A stretch of DNA of 25,390 nt, taken from NCBI GenBank assembly GCA_041576165.1, contig JBFGLM010000058.1:1-25390 (forward strand), given 5' to 3'. Position 1 is the stretch's first letter. Every line of letters begins with the position of its first letter. The notes under the pieces are model-generated. The model did no database searches. It was given only the letters and a program-made list of their open reading frames with translations, and was not told the DNA's origin. This document shows, piece by piece, positions 17,486 through 25,390 of this stretch. This stretch comes from Acidimicrobiia bacterium. GTDB lineage: Bacteria > Actinomycetota > Acidimicrobiia > Spongiisociales > Spongiisociaceae. Position numbers and translations under genes: made by a program.

Positions 17486-18592
17486 TCACGGCCGGTAAGT
17501 CGCCACCGGTTCGCCCAGCTGGTTCAGATCCGGCGTGGCACCCAGCCCGGGCCCAGAGGGTGCAGCAGTGACGCCGTCCTGGTTGCGAGCGCCGCCGACG
17601 ATCGGATCGACGGTGAGCATCTCGTAGCACAGCCAGGTGGCACGCCGATGGCCGGCCGGAGTCGACTGTGCGAGGTGCACTGCGGCCGTGTCGGCCAGCG
17701 CAGTGCCACCGGTCTCCTCGATGTTCAATCGCAATCCGACTTCCACGGAGAAATCGCGAATCCGCCGCGCTTTGGTGAGGCCTCCGACCCGGTTGATCTT
17801 GAGGCCGACGGCCTCACACGCCCCGTCCTGGTGTGCCCGCACGACGTCGGCGAACGACGTGATCGTCTCGTCCAGGATCATGGGCTGGCGGGTCGCGCGG
17901 CGCACCTGCAGGTTCTCGGCATACGTCTCGCAGGGCTGCTCGAAATAGGCGTCGACGTCGGCCGTCTGATTCATGATTCGGATAGCGTCGTCCGGGAGCC
18001 AGCCCCGATTGGCATCGAACGTGACCGAGTCCGTCGCAGGCAGCGCCTCGCCGATGGCGCGGATCCGGGCCACGTCCTCGTTGACACCCGAACCGACCTT
18101 GGGGGAATGGACCCGGTAGCCCGCTGCGCGGGCCCGCTCAATCGACGCGACCATGTCGGCTGGCGTTCCGGTCGGGATGGAACTTTGAATCGAGACCGGC
18201 TCGCCGGTGTCGCCGCCCAACAGGTCCGCCACCGAACAGCCATAGGCCCGGCCGGCAATGTCGAGGCACGCCACGTCCAGCGCCGATTTGACGTAGGGGT
18301 GGCCGGGGAGCGCCGCGTCCATTCTGCGATTGACCAGATCGGCCCGCAGCGGGTTTGCCCCGAGCTGGGCCGGCGCCAGTTCTTCGATCCCCGCCCGGAT
18401 GCCGCGGGGAAAGGCAGGGAGGTAGGTCGATCCCCATGGACAGCCTTCCCCCCAACCGTCGATGCCGGCATCGGTCGAGACGCAGACCAGCGTGGTGTCG
18501 AGCTCGGAGACGTGGAGCCGTCCCCCCGACAGCGAGTATGGATGGGTCAGTGGCAGGCTGAGGGCATAGACGCCGATGCCGGTGATCTTCAT
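17486..18592 (-). CDS. Mandelate racemase/muconate lactonizing enzyme family protein (related to hydroxyproline-betaine epimerase / cis-3-hydroxyproline dehydratase subgroups)
   Basis: GWGEGCPWGSTYLP, AGIEELAP, KSALDVACLD, metal ligands DANRGW / EQP / LDE, GLKINRVGGLTKARRIRD, PGLG. Confidence 0.88.
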   Translation of the reverse strand: MKITGIGVYALSLPLTHPYSLSGGRLHVSELDTTLVCVSTDAGIDGWGEGCPWGSTYLPAFPRGIRAGIEELAPAQLGANPLRADLVNRRMDAALPGHPYVKSALDVACLDIAGRAYGCSVADLLGGDTGEPVSIQSSIPTGTPADMVASIERARAAGYRVHSPKVGSGVNEDVARIRAIGEALPATDSVTFDANRGWLPDDAIRIMNQTADVDAYFEQPCETYAENLQVRRATRQPMILDETITSFADVVRAHQDGACEAVGLKINRVGGLTKARRIRDFSVEVGLRLNIEETGGTALADTAAVHLAQSTPAGHRRATWLCYEMLTVDPIVGGARNQDGVTAAPSGPGLGATPDLNQLGEPVATYRP

Positions 18593-18667
18593 GTCCTCAG
18601 TGTCGCGCCTCGTCGGTGCCCATGCGGATGCCGGCCGGGTTCGGCCGCCCGACCGGCGGGTGGGCGC

Positions 18668-19681
18668 TCAGCTGTGTATCTCGATCACGTCGCCATCCTC
18701 AACGACATGCTCGCGACCCACCTGCTGGCCGTCGAAGCCACTGTGCCCCCACACCCGGGCGTATTTGAACGAAGTGACGAAATCTCGATGCACCAGCTCG
18801 GCCACGTCGATCACGGTGTCGCCGCTGCGCACGGTGAAAGGGCGGGTCAGGTCCGGCTGACCACCGGGCATCTTCGTGTAGACGCGCACTATCCCCAACT
18901 TCTGGAACAACCACGGGCCCACCTGGTCGAGGCCCTCGCCGGTTTCGGCCGAGACGACCATCGCCGGATACGATCGACCGCTCAGCTCGGCCAAGGCCTC
19001 GAGCTCGTCATCGATGCCCGACACAATCTCCGCCTTTGCGGCCACGATGGCACACGGCACCTCCTGGGCGAAGGGATCGTCGAGTTCCGCCGCGGAAACG
19101 CCGTCGGCCGGCCAGCGGGGCACGAGATGGACCCGCCGCTCGGCCAGGAAGTCATGGATCTCGATCATCGCTTCGACGCATCCCGGCGCGGCCAGATCGA
19201 TCACGAGCAGAGCGGCGTCGGCGGGTTGGAGGGAGTTGGCCAGCCACAGGATCGGGTGCGCGCCTGAGATCGACGGCAGATCGATCAGCTGGATCGTCAC
19301 GTCGTTCACCGGCAACATCCCGGGCTGGGGATATTGCGTAGCGAAGGGATACGGGGCGGACAGGCTGTGGGATCCAGTGAGGGCGGCATGGAGGGCCGAT
19401 TTGCCCGAATTGGGAGGTCCGATCAGCGCCACCTGGGCGGCACCCTCGAGGCGGATCACGGTGGCAGGCCCGGTTCGGGCTGCGCCTTTTCGAGGAGCGG
19501 CCAGCTCGGTGGTCAGCTCCTTCATGCGCGACTTGATGTCCGCCTGAAGGTGCTCGGTCCCCTTGTGTTTGGGGATCAGCCGGAGCATCTCCCGCAACGC
19601 GTCGAGCCGGTCCTGGGGCTCCCGGCTGCTGCGGAACTTCGCTTCTGCCGCTTTGTAATCGGCGCTCAGGTTGGCCGGCAT
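18668..19681 (-). CDS. OBG-family DRG-like GTP-binding protein with C-terminal TGS domain
   Basis: MPANL start, IPKHKGTEHLQADIK, EGAAQVALIGPPNSGKS, YPFAT..P.PGM, VRVYTKMPG, HRDF...FKYARVWG...GQQVGREHVVEDGDVIEIH. Confidence 0.9.
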   Translation of the reverse strand: MPANLSADYKAAEAKFRSSREPQDRLDALREMLRLIPKHKGTEHLQADIKSRMKELTTELAAPRKGAARTGPATVIRLEGAAQVALIGPPNSGKSALHAALTGSHSLSAPYPFATQYPQPGMLPVNDVTIQLIDLPSISGAHPILWLANSLQPADAALLVIDLAAPGCVEAMIEIHDFLAERRVHLVPRWPADGVSAAELDDPFAQEVPCAIVAAKAEIVSGIDDELEALAELSGRSYPAMVVSAETGEGLDQVGPWLFQKLGIVRVYTKMPGGQPDLTRPFTVRSGDTVIDVAELVHRDFVTSFKYARVWGHSGFDGQQVGREHVVEDGDVIEIHS

Positions 19682-19792
19682 GGCGTGGGGCCTTCCCGCT
19701 GAACAATGCTCACCCCGGCCCGAGTGGCGCAGGCCGGTCGCCGGCTCCATCATGCCACGGAGCCGGTCGTCCCGTCGGTGCGCTCGATCCGA

Positions 19793-20863
19793 TCAGGCCA
19801 CTTCGATGACGAACGCGCCAACGTGGTCTTTGGTCATGAAGGCCTCCTGCGCGGCCGGCAGCTCCTGGAGAGGAAAGGTGCCGGCGACAATGGGCCGGAT
19901 CTCGCCGGCTTCGATGTAGCGGACGAGATTGGCGAACACCTGGGGCGGCAGCACCGTTGCGCCGTGCATCGTCAGATCGTGCAGGTAGAGCGTGCGTAGA
20001 TCGAGTGGCACGATCGGACCGCCAATGGCACCCGCGGTTGTGTAGTGGCCACCACGGCGGACCGTCTCCAGCAGTGGAGCAAACAGCTCCCCGCCCACCA
20101 CGTCGGCGAAGACATCGATGCCGCCGGTGACGGCCCGCACGGCGTCCGCCACATCCATGCGACTCCGGTCCAGCACGACGTCGGCATCCCGGATCGCCGC
20201 CACCTTGGCGGCGCTCGTAAGGGCTACCACGTGGGCGTCTCGCCGTTTGGCAAGCTGGACCAGGGCTCCTCCTACACCACCCGAAGCTCCCGTGACCAGC
20301 ACCCATTGACCGGCTCCGGTGCCAGCTCGCTCCAGCATGTGCTCAGCGGTCGCATACGAACAGGGGAAGCTGGCAAGCTCCACGTCGGTCAGCTCTGACT
20401 CAACCGCATGAGCGTTGGCCGCCGGCACGGCCACGTATTCGGCATACCCGCCGTCACGCTCCGATCCCAGATAGTGGGCCTTATCCAATGAGCCGCCAGG
20501 GTCACGTAACCACGCGTCGATCATCACCCGTTCGCCGATCCGAGCGCCATCAACTGCTTCGCCCACCTGGACGATCCGCCCGACCGGGTCGGCTCCTTGG
20601 ATCCGCGGAAACTGCAATCCACCGCCCCATGACCCGTCCTGATCAGGGTCGGGCACGGCATCCCCGGTGGGACCCGAAACCGACTTCGAGTACCAGCCGG
20701 TGCGGGTATTGATGTCCGTGTTGTTCATACCGCAGGCCGCCACCTCAACCAGCACGTCGTGGGGTTCCGGCTCGGGCACCGGTACGTCATCGCGGTATTC
20801 GAGCTTCTCAAGACCACCGTGACCGGTGAGCACCACTGCGCGCATCTTGGCCGGGATGCTCAT
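19793..20863 (-). CDS. Medium-chain dehydrogenase/reductase (alcohol dehydrogenase family)
   Basis: ACGMNNTDINTRTGWY, FPRIQGAD, GSERDGGYAEY, FPCSYATAE, VLVTGASGGVG, GAIGGP.V.LDLRTLYL. Confidence 0.9.
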   Translation of the reverse strand: MSIPAKMRAVVLTGHGGLEKLEYRDDVPVPEPEPHDVLVEVAACGMNNTDINTRTGWYSKSVSGPTGDAVPDPDQDGSWGGGLQFPRIQGADPVGRIVQVGEAVDGARIGERVMIDAWLRDPGGSLDKAHYLGSERDGGYAEYVAVPAANAHAVESELTDVELASFPCSYATAEHMLERAGTGAGQWVLVTGASGGVGGALVQLAKRRDAHVVALTSAAKVAAIRDADVVLDRSRMDVADAVRAVTGGIDVFADVVGGELFAPLLETVRRGGHYTTAGAIGGPIVPLDLRTLYLHDLTMHGATVLPPQVFANLVRYIEAGEIRPIVAGTFPLQELPAAQEAFMTKDHVGAFVIEVA

Positions 20864-21143
20864 CACCTACACCAAACGCAGTGGGGGCAGGGAGAAGCAC
20901 CGAGCTTCGATCGCGACCCCGTCAAAGATTCCAGCTCTGTTTCGCGTCGTTCACCCACAGAGTCGACGTTACTCCAGGGCGACGAGGGGAAGCGGCTGAC
21001 CCAACTCGCCCGTTGACCGGGGCCGCCGCATCCGCGACGCTAACGTCGGAGACGCATAACCCTGCAATCCTGGGTTCGGCCCGGGCCGGCAGGCCGAATC
21101 CGGCCGGAATGCTGCGCAACTGCGCAAGAGAGGAGGTGATGGA

Positions 21144-23024
21144 ATGCCGAACAGCAGTCGTTTGACGACACCTCTGGTGCGCCGCAACGGTGAGCTCGTG
21201 CCCGCATCCTGGGACGAGGCGCTGGACGTGGCTGCGGCGGGTCTCGCCGCCCACCGGGGGACGTCGTACGGCATGTTCTCATGCTCCAAGGCGACAAACG
21301 AGATGAACTTCCTGGCGCAGAAGTTCTCGCGGGTAGTCATGGGTTCGAACAACATCGACTCGTGCAACCGCACTTGACATGCTCCTTCGGTCGCCGGTCT
21401 GGCGGCCGTCCTGGGAGCCGGGGGTGGAACGTCGTCCTATGAGGAAATCGAAACCACGGACCTGATCGTCCTGTGGGGCTCCAACGCGCGTGAAGCACAC
21501 CCGATCTTCTTCCATCACCTCATGAAGGGTGTCCGGAACGGCGCAAAGATGTACGCGGTCGACCCGCGTCGAACCAGTTCCGCTGAATGGGCCGATGTCT
21601 GGTTGGGGATCGACGTCGGGTCCGATATCGCGCTCGCCAACACCATGGCCCGCGAGATCATCGCCAATGGGCTTCAGAATCAGGCCTTCATTGATCGCGC
21701 CACATCGGGCTTCGACGCCTACGCGGCGCTGGTCGAGTCTTGGACGCTGGAACGCGGCGAGGAAGTCACCGGCGTGCCGGCCGAAGCGATCCGCCGTCTG
21801 GCCCACGACTACGCCGCCGCCTCCACCGCGCAGATCTGCTGGACGCTGGGAATCACCGAGCACCACAACGCCACCGACAACGTGCTGGCGTTGATCAGCC
21901 TGGCGCTCCTCACGGGTCATGTGGGCCGGTATGGGTCGGGCCTAGTACCCATCCGCGGGCAGAACAACGTGCAGGGTGGAGGCGACATGGGCGCGCTGCC
22001 CAACAAGCTCCCCGGCTTTCAGAATGTCGAAGACCCGGTCGCAAGAGGCAAGTTCGAGGCGCAGTGGGGCAAACCGGTCCCACCCACGAGCGGCAAGCAC
22101 ATCTCGCTGATGTTCGAGGCGATGGAAGAGGGCGAGCTAACGGCCCTGTACATCATCGGCGAGAACCCGGCCCAGTCAGAAGCCGACATCAAACGGACCC
22201 GGCGGTTGCTCGATGCCCTCGAGTTCATCGTCGTCCAGGACATCTTCCTGACCAAAACCGCCGAGTATGCGGATGTGGTGCTCCCGGCTGCGGCCGGATG
22301 GGCCGAGAGCGACGGTACCGTCACCTCGTCCGAGCGGCGCGTGCAGCTGGTGCGCAAGGCGCTCGATCCGCCGGGAGAGGCCAAAGACGATCTCGAGATC
22401 CTGTCGTTGCTGGCGGACCGTATGGGTCACGGTTGGGGAGTCCCATCGGCGGAAGAGGTGTGGGACGAATGCCGCAGTCTCTCGCCGATGCATGCCGGGA
22501 TGTCGTACCGGCGGCTGGCGGAACTCGGCGGGATCCGGTGGCCCTGCCCGGACGAGGACCATCCCGGCACGCAGTTCCTGCACTCCTGGTTGTGGGACGA
22601 TCCGATGACCCGCGACCCGGCGCCGTTCATCCCGACCGAGTGGGTGCCTCCCGTCGACACGTTGACCGACGACTATCCGATCCGGCTGACAACCGGCCGC
22701 CGGCTCGATTCCTACAACACCGGCGTTCAATCGAATCGCTACCGCTCACCGTTGCGGGAACAGGGTGTGATTGAGATCTCGCCCGAAGACGGGCAGGCAT
22801 TGGGAGTAGCCGAAGGCGACAGAGTCTCGGTCACGTCACGCCGCGGGTCGATCGATGTGCCCGTCTACTTCCATGACTCGCTCCGGCCCGGACTGGCGTT
22901 CATGGCGCTCCACTTTCCCGACAAGGCCGACGTCAATCAGCTGACCATTGATGCCTGGGACCCCAAATCGGGGACAGCCGAGTTCAAGGCGACTGCGGTC
23001 CGGATCGAGCCGGTGCGGGGGTAG
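21144..23024 (+). CDS. fdhF: Formate dehydrogenase catalytic (Mo/W-bisPGD) subunit, selenocysteine-containing
   Basis: ORFs 21144-21377 and 21522-23024 are one frame joined through TGA 21375-21377, giving NNIDSCNRT-U-HAPSVAGL. Also has WTLGITEH, RGQNNVQG, QDIFLTKTA, DGTVTSSERRVQ, TTGR, TAEFK, and a strong RBS (AGGAGGTGAT). Confidence 0.93.
21389..21407 (+). promoter_or_regulatory. Bacterial SECIS element
   Basis: Hairpin GGTCGCC-GGTCT-GGCGGCC (7-bp stem with one G-U pair, GGU in the loop) starts 11 nt after the in-frame TGA, the same geometry as the E. coli fdhF SECIS. Confidence 0.85.
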
Positions 23025-23030
23025 AGCAGC

Positions 23031-24806
23031 GTGGACCTACGGTTGATGGCCGCTGCTCCGACGGCGGCAGAGCGGGCGGCCGTTGACGATCTGCTGGGGC
23101 CGCCCGAGTCCGGCTGGGAAGGCGGCCAGCGCAGCCGGCTCGATGGCCACGTGGCCTTCGGCGGCTTCCACGCCGCGCAGCGCCGCCGCCACATGCTGCT
23201 TCCGGCGTTACACGCCGTCCAGGGTGAGATCGGGTGGCTCAGCGAAGGTGCGATCAACTACATCTGCGAGCGCCTGATAGTGCCCCCGGCGGAGGCCTAC
23301 GGGGTGGCGAGCTTCTATGCGTTGCTGGCCACAGAGGAACGGCCCGCTCGGGTGGCCCACGTCTGCGACGACATTGCATGTCGAGGCCGCGGGGGCCTAC
23401 GCCTGCTGGAGGACCTGGGCGGGCGCGATGACGTCCGCCCCAGCCCGTGTTTGGGCCAGTGCGACCGTACCCCAGCCGTGTTCTTTCAGAACGCCGGAGC
23501 CGCCGACGCTGTGGCGGTGGCGGCGGAGTCCGAAGTGGTCGTTGCCTCGCTCGGCGGGTCGGCACCGCCCGAGCGGCCGGTCACCGTGGGGGCGGTGGGG
23601 CAGCCGCGGCTGCTGCGTCGGGTCGGTGTGGTCGACCCAACGAGTCTCGCTGCCTACCGGGCCGATGGCGGCTACCGGGCGCTCACCAGGGCGATCCAGC
23701 TGGGAGGCGAACCAGTACTGGAAGAGGTCAAAGCCTCAGGCCTGCGGGGCCGGGGCGGGGCGGCTTTCCCGATGGGAATCAAATGGGAGGCGGTAGCCAC
23801 TGCCTCCGATCCCACGCGCTACGTCATCTGTAATGCCGACGAGTCGGAGCCCGGCACGTTCAAGGACCGCGTACTCATGGAAGGCGATCCATTCGCGCTG
23901 GTGGAAGCGATGACCATCACCGGGCTGACGGTCGGCGCCGCGAAGGGATACCTCTACATACGGGCGGAATATCCAACGGCTCATCAGCGGATGAGCAACG
24001 CTGTGGATGCCGCCCATGCGGCCGGCTTGCTCGGAGCGGACGTGGCGGGGTCGGGCCGAGTGTTCGACATCGAGCTGCGGCGGGGCGCCGGCGCCTATAT
24101 CTGCGGCGAAGAAACGGCACTGATGAACTCGATCGAAGGCTACCGGGGTGAGCCGCGCAACAAGCCGCCCTTCCCGACGGAGGCCGGATTGTTCGCGAAG
24201 CCGACCGTGATCAACAACGTCGAGACGCTGGTGAACGTGCCGGACATCGTGCTGGAGGGTGGTGCCGCGTTTGCGCAGATCGGGACCGAGCAATCCACCG
24301 GGCCCAAACTCTTCTGTTTGTCCGGTGCTGTGGGCCGCCCGGGCACTTACGAGGTGCCGTTCGGGACGACGCTGGGCGAGCTGATCGACCTGGCTGGGGG
24401 TGTGGCGGGCAACGGCCACTTGCGGGCGGTGCTGCTCGGGGGCGCGGCCGGCATGTTCGTGGGACCCGACCTGCTGGATCTGCGCCTGACCTTTGAGGAT
24501 GCTCGGGAGGCGGGCGTCACCCTTGGGTCGGGCGTCGTGATGCTGTTCGACTCCGCCACCGACTTTCCCGACGTCGTCCGGCGGATCGCTGCTTTCTTCC
24601 GCGACGAGTCATGCGGGCAGTGCGTCCCGTGCCGCGTCGGAACGGTCAGGCAACAAGAGCTGCTTGCGCGGCATCAGCAGGGCTGGGGCCTCGATCGCCA
24701 TTTGCTGGGCGAGATTGCCGAGGTGATGGTTGACGCGTCGATTTGCGGGCTGGGCCACACGGCGGCCTCCGCGATCCGTTCCGCCGAGTACCTGGGGCTG
24801 ATCTAG
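23031..24806 (+). CDS. NuoE-NuoF-like fused diaphorase subunit of NAD-dependent formate dehydrogenase
   Basis: NuoE part LLPALHAVQ..IGW, GVASFY, VCDDIAC, PCLGQC; NuoF part GRGGAAFP, NADESEPGTFKDR, GAGAYICGEETAL, ESCGQCVPCR...SICGLG. Confidence 0.93.
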   Translation: MDLRLMAAAPTAAERAAVDDLLGPPESGWEGGQRSRLDGHVAFGGFHAAQRRRHMLLPALHAVQGEIGWLSEGAINYICERLIVPPAEAYGVASFYALLATEERPARVAHVCDDIACRGRGGLRLLEDLGGRDDVRPSPCLGQCDRTPAVFFQNAGAADAVAVAAESEVVVASLGGSAPPERPVTVGAVGQPRLLRRVGVVDPTSLAAYRADGGYRALTRAIQLGGEPVLEEVKASGLRGRGGAAFPMGIKWEAVATASDPTRYVICNADESEPGTFKDRVLMEGDPFALVEAMTITGLTVGAAKGYLYIRAEYPTAHQRMSNAVDAAHAAGLLGADVAGSGRVFDIELRRGAGAYICGEETALMNSIEGYRGEPRNKPPFPTEAGLFAKPTVINNVETLVNVPDIVLEGGAAFAQIGTEQSTGPKLFCLSGAVGRPGTYEVPFGTTLGELIDLAGGVAGNGHLRAVLLGGAAGMFVGPDLLDLRLTFEDAREAGVTLGSGVVMLFDSATDFPDVVRRIAAFFRDESCGQCVPCRVGTVRQQELLARHQQGWGLDRHLLGEIAEVMVDASICGLGHTAASAIRSAEYLGLI

Positions 24807-24836
24807 ATGCCGGTAGGGGACTCGGAGGGTGTCTCC

Positions 24837-25390
24837 ATGACCGAGGTCACGATCACCATCGACGGCCGGGAGGTGGCCGTGGCGGCGGGTTCCACCATCC
24901 TCGACGCCTGCCGCTCGATCGACCGGGATCAACCCACGTTGTGTTATCTGGAGAATCTGACGCCGGTCAACGTGTGCCGAGTGTGTGTGGTGGAGCTGGA
25001 AGGCTCCCGGGCGCTGGTACCTTCGTGTTCGCGCATCGCCGAACCTGGAATGCAGATTCAAACGGACAGCCCGCGGGTGCGCCATTCCCGCAAGATGGTG
25101 TACGAATTCCTCGGCTCGTCCGCCGACCTTGAACTAGTGGATGAGCAAACCAAGGCGTGGATGAGCGACTACGGCGTCGACTACGGCCGCTACGGGCCGC
25201 CGAGCTCGCCGGCATCGGACCGGGACAACCGCCACGCTGGACATCACCAGCCCCCCGATCCGTCCCGTGCCGAGAGTGTGCATCAACCCGTGAAAGTGGA
25301 CAACCACCTGTACGTGCGCGACTACGGTCGCTGCATCCTCTGTTACAAGTGCGTCGAGGCGTGCGGGGAGGATGCCCAGAACACCTTCGC
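24837..25390 (+). CDS. 2Fe-2S/4Fe-4S electron-transfer subunit (NuoG/FdsA N-terminal-like), truncated by the window edge
   Basis: Not in the ORF track; hand translation gives MTEVTITIDGREV...TILDAC...PTLCY...VCRVCVVE...LVPSC...RDYGRCILCYKCVEAC. GGAGG RBS; an in-frame ATG also lies at 24807. Confidence 0.9.
   Translation, partial: MTEVTITIDGREVAVAAGSTILDACRSIDRDQPTLCYLENLTPVNVCRVCVVELEGSRALVPSCSRIAEPGMQIQTDSPRVRHSRKMVYEFLGSSADLELVDEQTKAWMSDYGVDYGRYGPPSSPASDRDNRHAGHHQPPDPSRAESVHQPVKVDNHLYVRDYGRCILCYKCVEACGEDAQNTF

Noticed and set aside
17396-19267. 623-aa plus-strand ORF
   Set aside because: Antisense shadow of the enolase-family and GTPase genes; no family motifs; long reverse frames are expected in high-GC DNA.
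20957-21062. THF or c-di-GMP-I riboswitch (fragments CAGAGT, GCATCCGC, GACGCATAACC)
   Set aside because: Only isolated short matches; the other conserved elements and pairings are missing.
21144-21377. Separate 77-aa ORF or FDH pseudogene
   Set aside because: The stop is a TGA at the catalytic Sec position with a SECIS behind it, and the frame continues intact.
23031-25390. Respiratory complex I nuoEFG
   Set aside because: They directly follow an FDH catalytic gene and no membrane nuo genes are present in the window; they fit the FDH diaphorase and Fe-S modules.
1-25390. CRISPR arrays, tRNA or rRNA genes, intrinsic terminators
   Set aside because: No regularly spaced repeats, cloverleaf or rRNA-like sequence, and no clear hairpin plus U-tract in the short intergenic regions.

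Overview
GC-rich bacterial window, probably from an Actinomycetota genome (inferred from TANNNT -10 boxes, apparent leaderless starts and the split formate dehydrogenase layout). Most of it is a C1/N-methyl-compound catabolic region. It holds a ProV-type betaine ABC ATPase, fhs, a dimethylglycine/sarcosine-dehydrogenase-like GcvT fusion, a class III aminotransferase, a carboxymuconolactone decarboxylase (CMD)-like protein, an RpiR regulator, a Rieske oxygenase, a Cys-less maleate-isomerase-like protein, an aldehyde dehydrogenase, an FrhB-like flavo-Fe-S protein, an enolase-superfamily enzyme and an MDR dehydrogenase. It ends in a selenocysteine-containing NAD-linked formate dehydrogenase operon whose in-frame UGA and SECIS hairpin were missed by the ORF track. 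In the middle sits a translationally coupled two-gene unit, a TIR-domain protein plus a DUF4062 (TIR-like) protein, each with an unrecognised C-terminal domain. This pair is the best candidate for an undescribed anti-phage or signalling system. A DRG-like GTPase with degenerate G3/G4 motifs is also present.
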